Below, piece by piece: positions 14,038 to 28,071 of a stretch of 64,000 bases of DNA. The stretch comes from Antedon mediterranea (taxonomy: Eukaryota > Animalia > Echinodermata). Under the pieces are notes generated by a model that searched no databases, had not been told where the DNA came from, and saw nothing but the letters and a program-made list of their open reading frames with translations. Position 1 is the stretch's first letter; every line of letters begins with the position of its first letter. The position numbers and the translations under genes are program-made. The stretch is from assembly GCF_964355755.1 (NCBI RefSeq), contig NC_092674.1:31248001-31312000 (forward strand), written 5' to 3'.

Positions 14038-17000
14038 TTCATAACACGAGTTCTATTATTTTCCCAAACCTGAGATTGTTAGCATATTAAGATATAAATA
14101 TATACAGGTGATAAGAAAACAATACTAACAGCAACATGCTCGGCAAACTTGTGCACGGCAAATAATATACAGTCAGTAAAAAGAAAAAAGGGAGAGGGGC
14201 GGTACAGAACCGATCTCTTGTTTTTAAACACATCAATAATTAATAATATCTGGTACTAATAAGATGCTAATAGAATACATGACCATCATACACAAACAAT
14301 GGCATCTAATTTATCATGGTCAATTCATTTTTTTTTCTCTTTCGTGGGAGCAACGCACTTCAATTTTACTTGGTCAATTACAAAACTTAGGCCTACAGAA
14401 AGTGAAAATATTCCCAACAATAAGAATATGAATACAGGATATAATCAGTAATCTGCAACCTTTGTTTTGTTTTCATTATGAAATGATAAACATTTAATCG
14501 TTTGTCTCAGTTGTTGAGATGTTCTAATCCGTTTAATCCAAATAATATATCGGTAATGTTAAATTGAAATGAAATTATTAAAGTATAGTACCAGTATTTT
14601 GTTTATAATAATACTAATATAATAGTAATCATTGATATATTCCATGCATGCTATATATAATTATTATTTTAGATACATTGTGTTTTAATCAGCTATTGTC
14701 CTATAGAATGTTACAATACTCATACCAGTAGATGAATTAATGTATAATGTTTGTGACAGGATTACATAGGGAGTTAATTCGTTTGTACAATATACATTCC
14801 CTACAATATATTAAAAATACATACAAACAAAAATAATATTAACACATTCGATAGTAGCCTAAGAATTGATAAAACATATAAAAGTATGTGTGGAAGAAAC
14901 CCAGGTAAACTTTACGGCTAGGCTCCCACAATTTTTTCCCTACACAAATGTAGGTATGAACTTAAATTTAGAATTAATATTCCTCTTGTTCAAACTGTCC
15001 ATCACTACACGCACCCCGTTCTGCAAGTACTTCGTTAGTTTTGATCCAATTCACATTTCGCCTTATCTTCAGTCTATCACACACACCTACATCGTTCCTG
15101 CTGTAGCAACACTTTATCTTTGCCAGATCAAACTGGGATGATATTGTTGAAAACTAAATCAAATTCGTAAAGTTTTGTTTCGATGTTTTTAATTTACATC
15201 TGACCAATAGAAAGTATTAGGTAAATATAAAATATTGAAAACAAATAAGGGTAACTCCCGTAAACCAAACAAAAAATACTTTCTTTTTAATTTGTCTTTG
15301 GTTTATAAAAAATGGCTTAAAACAAAGTAAGTTTGGTACTCAACTCAAATAAATAGCTTGTGACGCTCTGAGCATGCGCAGTACTATCAACATGTCAATA
15401 TTGCGGCTGATGTTACGGTAAGAAATAACATTACAATATTATTAGTGATCTTAAATATCATTGTTATACATTTTGGTTTTCGAAAATCATCGTTTCGAAA
15501 ATTATCCGCAAATAAATAATAACGGTTACTTACATTACATACAGCAATCTTGCATTTCTCCTATTTTAAGAAAATCTTTACCTAGCCCCTTATTATTAAT
15601 TGATGCCCTGGTTACCATGGTGACAACCCCAGATAACACAGGGTCACTATAAATTCGTTAACCTAGTCTCTCAGTTAATATTATTATTATTAATTGATAA
15701 TCACCCACTTCCTGTCATTGATTGTGTTTAATTTTAATAAACATAAAACAGACGATACCTAAATCCTAATATAACGTATAAATTAATATCCTATTAAATG
15801 TGCGTATTAAAAAAACGTAAACTTTACCACTCTCTGGAAAATGATTAACAACCCCGCGCATCAACCATTCCTCCAACGATACCATGCCAACGTCCCCGAA
15901 ATTAATATCATATTAGAAAAGTTAACGTTTTATTTTTTACTGTTATTGGCCTTTTCCAGAAAACAATGAGGTTCCACTAATCTAGTTAGAAAGTTGTTTC
16001 TGTATAAATATATATATATATTGATGTTTAAAATTATATTTACGATCAATAATTAATAAAATAAAGGCACTGACATTATAGGTTAATTTGGTGGTGTATT
16101 GTTTTTAAAAACAACGAACATTATTTTTTAATTGAATTGATTGAAAATGAAATTATTCAGATAAGTTCATTTTAAATTAACAAGTATAGATAAAGCTAAA
16201 TAGATATAAAATAGAATGATAGCAAGAATAGTTTAACACTTTCTGTGTGTTTCAATTATTTTTGGTGGAAACCGTGAGAAAAATAAAACTGTCTTTTAGT
16301 ATATTTGCCAAATTTAATTCTAATACATTATATGGAATGGACATCTAAGTGAATAAAAACACAATAAAACTAATGGATTCGATGCTGAAAGCAATTGTAG
16401 TAATTGTCGAATTTCAAAGTATCTTCTTTGGATTGACTGTGAATGACGTAATCGTAAAACAAAATCATTGATTGGCTAATTAATTACATTATCGATATCT
16501 CAACATAAAACAAAATCACATTCGATTGTTTAAAAGGGAAACATTCGCTAACACCGTAATTTGAAAATAAACTTAGAGGAAATTGAACGGGATTGTCATA
16601 CGTGTTGTTGTACAGTTCAGGTCCGGATGCCTAACAGAAAAAGAAAACGCTTGAATTTGACATCTTGTACAAATAACGATTTGCGTGTAGGGACCCCTAA
16701 ACATTGTCCACAGTAGTGATATCTCAAATGGCAGATTTGAGTTGGCCTATCCGCTTCCGAATCTTATCATACATACAGTGTCGCAGGTGTCGACAGACAT
16801 TATGACTACACGAAACAAACTAACAACATTAACAAACCTTTCATGTTTGTATCAAGAGAGGGCGCTAACAAACAGTGTTTTAATGCTCTTTTTTATTACA
16901 AATAAAGAAATAAAAGACATGATGCTAATTGCTATCATATTAAAAAACAAATAAACGCCGTTTCTGGTGCTTTTCTTTTTAAATATACCAATTAAAAAAG

Positions 17001-20000
17001 GTTTACCCCGTTTGTGGAAAAGAAAAACAAAGGATAACCATTTATCTGTAAATATCTTATGCTATCAAATATAAACACAAATGAGGAGCTGGCCTTTTTA
17101 TAAAGCCGACTTAATTGCTTAATTGAAAAATCATTATCAAAAGAAAATATCGACGAAGGAACATCGCTTAAAGGAATTCGATGTACGAACAATTTTGTTA
17201 ATTCAAATAATGTTGTTATAGTTCGCCTTTCTTATCACTGGTAACACAACTTGATGTTCGTTACAACAAAAAAAAATTCTTCTCTTTCTTAGCGGTTTTG
17301 GTAAGTTTCAATTAAGTAGTTTAGTTTTTGTTACCGTATGTTGTTTTAATTGTAAAGTTTAAATTGTAAAGTTTTACAATTTTAACGAAACATTCGTTAC
17401 TTAAGGAAGAAACCAGTTTATATTGTACCGGTTGCATCGTTTATATTTAAATTCATAAACGTGTTAAACTTTACACCTAAATCCGAATAAAACATCTGGT
17501 AACCCACGAGAATTTCAGCAAAGGTACGGCATCATGACACAACAAGAGTCATAACACAGATTTAAAGAAACTATTCTGTCAGAATTAATCAATAAACAGT
17601 AATTAACATTATCCGCATCATCTGACGCTAGGTAACAGCCCGAAGGTGTCAGTAAATGCTCAACATACAAATTGTAGGCTCTAGAGAGAGACAAACTCGA
17701 TACACGATAAACATAATGTTAAGACGATTGCAAAACAAAACATTGGTTCATTTTATTCTGGCTTCCCTTTCCTGAACGAATCTTTGCCGATAAGCCAGGC
17801 AACGGAAACACTAATAGTAAGCTAGATTAAAAAGTCACCGTGATCGAACACCTTAGTTCCTGTATTGAGCTAAACACAGGTTCATGAAATCAAACACATT
17901 TCTATACCTGAACTACATAAATGGCCAGGCAGCAGCAGACGTTTATCTTTGTCGGCACGATGGGGTAAATAATGTATAGTTCTCAGGCTTTGGATTAAGC
18001 CCCGCCTCATGCCAAACTATCTAAACAGCCTATGATGACTTTACTGTAACAAATTAAAGGAATGCAAAAAAACTTTACTTTTCCCACGAATGAAAAGTCT
18101 TTAGACAATTTGAATTTAAACTACAAATCTCTTGAAAATTAGCCCTAAGCGAATAAACATCGAAGTAGTTAGTTATAAAGGAAATTAATTAACACAGAAC
18201 AAAGCGAGAGCAGCTAAATTTAATATTGAAACTATTAAAATATTACAATTTTATTACAGTACAGGTATGGTATAATTTTGTTTTCTCATGTCTTATGGTA
18301 GTTGTCGACGTTTATTTTGTTCCTGATCATGTTAACTTTATCTCTTCATCACAGTAGGTTGTTTACGTTTTTTAGTATATCACGTTAATTAATATCATAC
18401 CCATCTATTAGTTTATATTAAGGCTACTAAATAGCGTCTTCGTGTCATGAATACAATTCCACTTTCTGTAATCCCGGACTACTCCAAGTTTCAGTTTTGA
18501 ATTACTGATTGGAAAACAAAAACATTTTTCTTTTTATAAAGGCTTTTAATATATCTTATCATTTAGAAATATTGTAGGCATGATTATACAAACCAGGCCA
18601 GAAATTACAAAATCATGGAGTATGCTTTTTTTTCTTACAATTTTAAAATTAAAAGTTGATACATATTTACATAAATCAGTTGGTTTGACAGCTCTTAATC
18701 TAACCACAAATAAAGATGAATGAGTATCTGTTTAAATTCAAATCAAACAAATTTGACATTTTCGTTTACAAGGATTTATACAATGAATAATAAATGTTTA
18801 CTATTAGGAATGAGATTTGAGAGGTATAAAGGAGATAGAGATCAAGGAAAATAGATTTCGGTACTCTGAGCCTAAGCGATCGGCTTAAAATATTTCTACA
18901 AATCAGGGAGAAAGAAAGTTCAACGTTTCGATCGGAAAGTATATTTGAAATGACATTTACTTGTTTAGGTAACGTAACCCGATAATGGTCGATAATCCTA
19001 ATCATGTTAGTATAGTACATACACCTGCTCAATGCTGAGTTATTTATGTTTAATCAAACTGGCCGCATTTCAAGTTAGTTGTGATTTAATTTGCTAATTT
19101 TATGTTTAAAAAACAATCCGAAGATTACTCTATTTAATAATAAAAAGTTATTTTCATCATCTTAAATCATACGTTTAAAATGACATAAGTTAGGCCTTGG
19201 GTAATTCGTTCTTTCCTTGTATTTGTAAGCCATTCAGAGCGGTCAATATCAATCTGAAGACCCTGTTGCATCTTATACCTTCGTAACCAGGCTTCAATGA
19301 CATCGGATCAAAATCCTTTATATATCCTCTTACTCTCTGCACTTTTCTTGCAACAGGCTCTGTTGTGTTTATGGGTATATTTTTTCAAAATTTAATTATC
19401 TATGTAAATTTACTACTTATCTGATAGAAATATCATTTTTCAGACTCAGACAGTTCGAAATTACACGCGGAACCAAATCAAATAAATAAAATTAGGTCGG
19501 AGTTTAATGGTTTTAAAACTTTTGCGGACGGGGTGAGCCGGGTTGAAGCCCACAGCGGGCTGTCTCTGATTGACCCCGAGACCAGGCCCTACGTTTGGCG
19601 GAGCGTTGACTCCATAAATTCTATAAGACGTTTTCATTTCTTTATGGCTGACCCTGCAAACTTGGGTACTAAAATTGTCAACTTTCAACCTAATTATTAA
19701 AGTTGGCATTTTTTAAAAGAACATTTTGTCAGCGTATCATCTGTCAATGGTTTGCCATATTAACACCCACAATTTACCGCATCATATTATTTGTGTAACT
19801 TATAGGCTAGTTACGAGATTTTGATCCCCTTCGTAATAAGGGTGAATTTCGGTATAAATTTGAATATAAAATCAATAATTTAATTTAAATGGTTAAGAGT
19901 GTAATTTTACTTTTCCCTGGTTATAAATGTATGATGATATAAAGAGAGTTTATTAATTTTGTTTAGCTTTAGGACATCACTTTTTGCAAGTTCTTTGAGT

Positions 20001-20734
20001 CCCTTTCATTTTGTATCTTGTCTTTTATCATAAATGTGATAAATAAACTTGAATTTATTATTTTATTTATTAACTTCTTACTAAAATGCACATGAGGCCT
20101 ACAGAAAAATAGACAAAACACACATTAGTAAAATAATTGAATTGGATTTTTAGGTATATCCTTATACTTATTTCTCAAAACGTTCGTATACAATTGTGTG
20201 CCGGGTGTGATCTAAATGATAAACCAGTGTACATGTATGCCTATTAAGTTGTTACTTAATTATGGAGCATTATGTAAGGTACATAATATATCAGTTCCGA
20301 TATGTACATATTTAGATGAATGCTAATAGTGTGCGTTACCGGTATTGAAATAATAACCACTTGAAACAATACACTACCGGTAAATCTAAAATAAATTAAA
20401 TTTAAACCAAATACGATTACTTATAGAAATAAAATATTGATAACCAGATTCTTATTCGATTAGGAAGTAGCCTATTTATTAAATTATTCTTTTCGTCCAA
20501 AAGTCAATCGAAATAATACATTAATTAACCTGTTGAAGGCATAAATTGTTGAAGGCATAAATTTCGTTCAAGAATGTTTTCTGTTTGAAATAAACTAAAA
20601 TAATTTACAATTGAATTAATTACGGTCGTAATCACATTTGACAAATTTCTAAAGATTAAAATAAATACGAAGTTAACAAATTGATGTCAGTCTGGTGACA
20701 CTGTTGTAAGATTTAAAAAGAAATCATAGGTTTT

Positions 20735-20874
20735 TGACCCGTGTCTTTTGCTAAGCAGCGACCACATTTACCCCATTGTAATAAATTGAAATGTCAAAAA
20801 ATGTATATTGTAGCGAAGCGGAAACGAAATAGTAATGCATTCCGTATGCAAACGGCATACCGGTTACGGCTAGT
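20735..20874 (+). mobile_element. Possible non-autonomous Helitron remnant (3' end)
   Basis: Hairpin GTATGC-aaacg-GCATAC followed ~10 nt later by CTAGT, the typical Helitron 3' architecture. The 5' boundary is uncertain. Confidence 0.4.
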
Positions 20875-22332
20875 GGCCAATGCAATATCAGTCCGGTCAA
20901 ATCCAACTTATTCGAGACATTAATCACATTATAAAGTTGCTTAGAGAAATAATTCTGGCATGAATTCGCACTTGTTATTTTGCAATTTAATTGTATCGCT
21001 AAATCACTGTTTAGCCTTGGAACTATTGTCGGAGCGATGTCCGAAAAAAATAATGTAATTAAAGAATTTGAGAAAAATAACATATAGTCATGCGCAATAG
21101 CTTCGGATAATACGCTTGCTTTCTTTGTAATCATAAAAATGTACGCTTTTTCAAATAACATTCAATATAAAAAATAGTAATAACCGTTATAAATTATCTT
21201 TATTAAAGCAATACAAGGAAATGTAATTACACTGAGACAAACAAAATGTACTAGTTTTAATGATTTATTGTTATATTTTAAACTTTGGAAGTTAGAAAAA
21301 AAAATCTTTAAAAACTTCTGGGCATTCGTTGAGTTTTCAAAGTTTTTGTAACTTCATTTTTGTGGGTCTATTTATATTTATAATCGATTCAATTAATAAG
21401 ACGTAATAATTACAAATTCTGGTCCTACTTTGATTGAATTAATTAATATAATACCAATTTTTAAAATATTTTGTTAAAGTAATCTGGAGTCTTGGTTTCC
21501 AGAGATTTCATTTCATCATTTTCTTGATTTATACATACTATTATTTCATTTATGATTTGATGAATAATAAAAGTTAAGATTACATTAAATGAGTTTTTAT
21601 GCTCAAACACGAGAATGCTAACGAATGCAATACTTTTATTTATGATTAATCTCGAATCAGTTATTTTTATGTGAAATGTTAAGACATAGATTTCCCGTGG
21701 GAGCAAGTGCGGTCGGGGTCAGTAGGTCTACGTATATGGATGGCTAACAGGGATAACCAAATAATTGAGAATTTATAAATTAAAAAAATATGTAGAATGC
21801 CAGGGTGTTTTTGTAACTGCAGTCCAGGGTATAGTTTGAATAATTGTTTTTTTATTTGTTCAAATGAACAAATTTATTATGTGCAATATAGGCCTATGCA
21901 ATGTTGGAATTGGCCGCCTTTGAAGTATACCACAAATTAAATGAAAGTCGCGCTAGATACATGCGACCAGCTAATGTACTTAACTTCCGAACTTAAACAT
22001 TAATAACATTATTTATAAATGATATTTTATTGATGTTTAATGATATAAAATAATCCCAATAATGAAACGGGTGGTGAAGTCCATCGATTTTTTAATTTAT
22101 ATTAAATAGGATATTAACATCCGGGATATATGACGAATACCAACGTATCAACAAAAACTATAAATTTAAATTCACAAATATATTTAGTTTCTTTTGTCAG
22201 AGTAAATATTACTGAAATAAATAAAGAATAATCATTTTATTTTTCAGATAAAATGAGGTTAAGAGTAGGGGATGAGCAGACTATGATATAACTGAAGGAG
22301 CGGGCGTGTAAGAAGACGAGGAAATCTGTAAA

Positions 22333-22488
22333 AAATAATCCGTCAAGTACTGACGCATTTTTAAAATAATCCGTCAATTACTGACGCATTTTTAAAATAA
22401 TCCGTCAATTACTGACGCATTATTTAAAATAATCCGTCAATTACTGACGCATTTTTTAAATAATTCGTCAATTACTGACGCATTTTTA
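22333..22488. repeat. Minisatellite, ~31-bp unit x5 with palindromic core
   Basis: AAAATAATCCGTCAATTACTGACGCATTTTT repeated; CGTCA/TGACG inverted core. Confidence 0.95.
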
Positions 22489-22875
22489 ACGAAACTGATG
22501 GATATAAAACATCATAAAGTTTTCAAGTACAAGAACAAATTTGTGTTTTTAAGCATTAAATTATTGACTGACAGTAGTGAATGTTTATTGTAACCACTCA
22601 ATTTAATATTATCTCAATCAGAAAAAAGGGAAGACGAGAATTAAATCATCTCCCATTTTTAGAAGCTTTCGTTTCATTTAGTTACAGGAGGTCAGTTTTG
22701 GCTAGCCTGTAACTTGGATATGACTGTGTCTGTTGGTTGATACTTAACGCGGGTTCTGTGCTGTGTCGAACACAGTATTTATTGGCGCATCGGACGCCTA
22801 ACGTGTCATGCAGATGACAACATGTGTTGACAGCAGAGACGTGTCTCCACAATGATTCAGTGTAACGTGTGCAAA

Positions 22876-23140
22876 CATCATAGAGTCGACGCGTGCGCCG
22901 TGTCATAGTCCAAACAACATAGAGTAGACGCGCGCCCCATGGTTCAAACAACATAGAGTGGACGCGTGCGTCATAGTTCAAACAACATAGAGTGGACGCG
23001 TGCACCATAGTTCAAACAACATAGAGTCGACGCGCGCGCCATAGTTCACACAACCATGGAGTAAAGAATAAGACTCCATGACACAACATAGAGTGGACGC
23101 GTGCGCCGTGTCATAGTCCAAACAACATGAGTCGACGCAT
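22876..23140. repeat. Degenerate minisatellite, ~33-40-bp unit, ~7 copies
   Basis: Variants of CAACATAGAGT(G/C)GACGCGTGCGCC...ATAGT(T/C)CAAA; explains repeats in ORFs 22682..23008 and 23046..23357. Confidence 0.85.
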
Positions 23141-24853
23141 CATCAGTGCTACGCTCGCGTGAATTATGTCTCTCCGAAGAAGTGTATTGAAATAGTATAA
23201 TTATTGGATGTCGATTGAGAGAATAGCTACAGGTATCAAACTGATGTTGATATTTTTCCAGAAGGATGATACTGCTGACGAATTTGAAGATATGATGGCG
23301 ATGGTTACGATGATGTCGATGCATGCTCAGTATATGAACAATGAATACATTAAACACTTAAAAACCCAAAATGCTTCCGGTAATGAAGGAAATGCATTAC
23401 TCGTAATATTAATCGGTTTATGGAAATGAAATAAATATGTTATGTATTGTTATAATTAACCGTAATCACGACTGCGAAATGTGTCATAATTGTTATTATT
23501 AGCCGTCTGGTCACTAATATTAATATCGCGTTAGGAATAGTATTTGATAACAAAGAACAATAAACGAGGCAGTGTTAGTACTTATTAAAAAATTAGGATT
23601 ACTAATTCTAAAACATACGTTAGTGGAAAAAAAAACATAGAAGTTTGTTTTAAAATATGCATTGCTCCGACACAATAAACTAAGCGGCCAACAACAGTGC
23701 TTCGGCTAAAAACTTAATGAGATGGAATTTGTATATTGTTAAAGAACCGACGGTGTAATATATATCGGAACTAAACGAGTTAATCAAATAACAATGCATT
23801 TTAAATATTATTTGTATTCTAAAATACAGTAATTATCTGTTTATTCATAGCTAATCCATGTGATTAATTAACAAGTGAAATATTTCAGTTTTAACATATT
23901 TAAGTACGTAAGGGTGGTCACGTCTTGTTTCTATGTAATTTGACGTTTTCTGGGTTTAGATGTATAGGCAGATAGAAAAAAATGAAATTGAAAGATTTAA
24001 GATGTTTTTAGTTTGATGGGTAAGGAGGCTCAACTTAGCTTAACACCTGTAATTATGCTAATTAGCTGAATTTGCTGCAATAAGAAACATGGCAACAAAG
24101 TTTGAATCCCGCGGTGTATCTAAAGATGGCGCTATAAACTGTTACAAATTATAAAATAATAATCCAAATAGGCTATATGTTATAAATAAAAAGACGAAAG
24201 CCTAAAAATGAAATCTATCACCTAGGTAATTAAATTGATTTGTCTATCGGTTAGTCAGTTGAAAACCAAACTTTATCAGAAAAAGTCAGTGGAAAAAATA
24301 ATCATATTATTATCGACAAAATACTTCAGAAAAAAAATTAAAAACACTTTGCAGACGCAAAAAGTACTTAACAATGCAATTAATAGCGAATAAAATGATC
24401 CAAAGGTCAGCAAACTGATGGGGTACATGTGACATTCACAGATGACATGACACAGGCAACTCTTAAGTGACAATGACAAATAAGGAAATGACCAGTGACA
24501 ATTACAACTTTTGATTACAATATTTAACAAATTCGCTCGGAAGGATTTTTTATTCGGTAAATTAATTTTATTTTAAATTTGAGGTCTAAAATGAGATTTA
24601 AGGAAATTAACGAGGAAGACCATGCATCACGTTGAAGGTCCAAAAGCCCTCGAGCGGTTCCTGATCACCATGGAGACCAATCTGACAGATATTGCTGATG
24701 TCTTAATTTAACGATTACTGGTTTACTTAAGGTTATACAAAGTATGTGCTTAACTTAGTACAAAATGTAAAGAAAATGTAATCTGTGAATTCTAGAATTA
24801 CTAAAAGGACTTGAGAATTGATAATAAAACATCCACATACATAAATTGCTTTT

Positions 24854-25018
24854 AAGCTCTGTCTACACTATCAAACTAGTTTGACAAAAAAAAGTGTGAT
24901 GTGCCCAAATATGATAGTGATATGCCCAAATATGGAAGTGATATGACACCATCATGTACATAAAGGGCAGATCACATGTTTTTGTCAAATAAAGTTTGAT
25001 AGTGTAGACAAATCTTTA
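24854..25018. mobile_element. MITE family A copy (PIF/Harbinger-like termini)
   Basis: Terminal inverted repeats AAGCTCTGTCTACACTATCAAACT ... AGTTTGATAGTGTAGACAAATCTT; ~160 bp; non-coding. Confidence 0.85.
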
Positions 25019-25065
25019 GGACAACAGTTCTATGGTGTACTAGCATAGTTTGCATAATGTTGCAG

Positions 25066-25340
25066 TACGGTATTCTTCTAACCATAATCAGTTACCTCAT
25101 ACGGTATTCTTCTAACCATAATCAGTTACCTCATACGGTAATTCTTCTAACCATAATCAGTTACCTCATACGGTATTCTTCTAACCATAATCAGTTACCT
25201 CATACGGTATTCTTCTAACCATAATCAGTTACCTCATACGGTATTCTTCTAACCATAATCAGTTACCTCATACGGTATTCTTCTAACCATAATCAGTTAC
25301 CTCATACGGTATTCTTCTAACCATAATCAGTTACCTCATA
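25066..25340. repeat. Minisatellite, 34-bp unit x8, near perfect
   Basis: TACGGTATTCTTCTAACCATAATCAGTTACCTCA repeated. Confidence 0.95.
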
Positions 25341-28071
25341 ATATAATACATTTATACCAATACCAAATATACACTTTCATATCATTGCGAGATCTCATAC
25401 ACGTGCTTCAAACGAATAGTTTAAAAGTTCAACCAAACCAACACACATAAATTCGAATTAATTAATAGTTTAAATTAATTAATTCAAACGATATTTGTAA
25501 TTTGTTAGCCTTCAATGGAATTGTTGAATGCGGAGTCCAAAAGAATCAAGCCTACTCAACAAGGTGACAGTTACTGACTCAATAACTGACAATGAAATAA
25601 TAAAATAAAATGCTATAAATATCTGCAATACAGCCATCTTTCAACACACCTTCCTTTAATGTTTTTACGTGATTGCATTTCCTATCTTCAATCTACATAA
25701 ATCCTGAATTCATCTTCGTATAAACCGGCCTATAAATAATTTATATGACGTCAAATGTTATCTTTAACCCACCTGTTTTATATTCCTTTTTTAAAAATAA
25801 TTTTGTTTTCTACATTTTTATTTCTCTAAACAAAGTTCTTTAAAAAAAATTAGGTACGAACCTAAAATATAGATATATCATTATACACTAAGGGATGGGT
25901 ATTTTTTCATATGTACACAGTTAAAGATACCGTAAATTGTCCTTCTGAAAAAAAAATTGTTAGCTACCATTTTATTTCTTAACAAAATTCGTCTTAATTA
26001 TAGATACAGCACTGTATAGATATCATTATATATTAGGGTACGGTATGTTTTTATTCGTAGCCTACACAGTTAAGTAATGATAAGAAAAACATAAAGTTCT
26101 CAATGTATTTAAGCTCTCCACCTATAGGTAAGTTAGTACTAATTATAATTATCAAACTATTGCCTAATAAGACTTATTCAGAGAGTTCATCTTATGGTAA
26201 CAAGTCTATACGGTGCGTGATTTGCTTTAGATTGCGGGCGGACGGACAAAAAACGTCAAAGTAAATCTGGCGGGAAATCTCCAAATTAGCAAAAACTTCT
26301 TAGTAATCTACAAATGATGATGTACATCTTAATTTACAATATTTGAAAAACATTTTACACATAATGATAGAGTCAACATGATGTCAAGATAGGGAAACTA
26401 TATTACGTCATTGGTGGTGTTTTGACGTTGAGGGCGGAGACAAGAAGGAAGGGGGACATTGAGTGACAGTTTAGGCCTATGTTTATAACATAATGTGTAT
26501 ATTGAGGAAGGGTGTTGATAGAGGGCACTACACCAGTACGATAGTTTCAGTAATTAAAGCATTTTGCGTCAGGAATGTTATTATACATATATATATATAT
26601 ATATAGATTTAATTTTTGCGCAGTTAGGCCTATATAAAATGTACAATGCTTAAATGCAAGAAGGCATTGAGTAAACAAACTTGATTTGGGTAACTGCTTG
26701 TTTTTCACAAGACACAACAGACAGATATATAAATATTACTGTTATGTTATTAAATCTTTAAAGTATAAATTCGTCTACATTTTCAAATGGGAAAAATACT
26801 GATAGTGATTCTAATATTTCAATTTTACTTCTAAAAAATATCTCATATTTCAAAGTTGGCACTTAGGACAAACGCTAACAGAAGATATTACAACTGTCAT
26901 GAAAAGAAAAACTGTGTTAGAAATAGAAATGAATCAATTACACGGCTTAATTGGGTTTAGCCAGAGCACTGGTCAGAGAGCAGCTGTTAGCCTAAACAAT
27001 TTTAACAAGAATCGACGTTTAAGAACCGAAGGAAATAAGATTTCGAAGGCCTGGCTGCTACAAGGATCGTCTGATATTCACCATCCTCCCTATCTCAAAT
27101 TCCCACACATACACCTTTCGCGGATATCTCGAAAATATGATAGGTAATCGAACTTGAACGTGACTACAAACTTGTTTAATGATTGCAATTTCTGTTTCTA
27201 ATTGTGTTTAATGTTTAACTAGCAATCAGTGTTCATCTGTTTATTGAAATTGAACATTCAAATACATACAGTTAGTTTGTATAGACAATTAGTTATTGCG
27301 TAATTAGACCGTAATAATACAAATTAATGAATTAAATTTAAATTATAGTTTTCCGTTGATTACACTTTAATGATTAAAGTATGTTAACGAAATAAAACTC
27401 AGCTTATGGATGAAATAAATACTAGTATATTTTATTTGAATAACAAACTATACAATATCTATTTTTATACCTCCATGGATGAAATATCTATCAAAAATGT
27501 CGTTTGGTACAAATGTATGTTAATACGTTATTTTACGTACAAAGACAAATCAAAAGCAACGAACTATCCGAACTTTCGCTTATGATTGGTCAAATTACTT
27601 GCGTTGCACGTACGCATTTACGTTACGTCATAATGGCTATTGATTCAAATCGCCTCAATCTCACACTGTTGGACCATCAACAGTCTTTTAAAAACTACAC
27701 ATGTGTTGATCTTTCAATCTGATAATTAGTTGCTAACTAATTGACGACAGTTCTTTCCATTTTTTTTTTGCCTAGTCATAAATTCGGCTACCTTTTTAAT
27801 GAAATCTGTGCACAATTTTTATATGCAGTCCATCGTTTAAATTGATAATTAGACTGATCTAAATTACCCTGTATAAAGACACATTTGTTTTTACTTTATA
27901 AATGCTATTTACATTTTTAACAGAGTCTACTAAATTATGATAATTGTTTGTGTTAAACCAGAATTTCACTCTTTCCTGGTAAACAAAGGGATAATAAACA
28001 TAGCGAACAATTATGATTGAATCAGGAATTGCGGACCTTCAACAGAGTACTCAATAATCAGTCATAGCTAC

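Noticed and set aside
22876-23140. Repeat-spacer array
   Set aside because: The variable parts are short variants of each other, not independent spacers.
24632-24710. Small ORF MHHVEGPKALERFLITMETNLTDIADVLI
   Set aside because: Only 29 aa, no recognisable homology and no supporting splice context.
795-27722. Short ORFs of 60-136 aa in the first 28 kb
   Set aside because: Many begin at TTG/GTG, have AT-driven composition or derive from tandem repeats; no recognisable domains or consistent exon chains.
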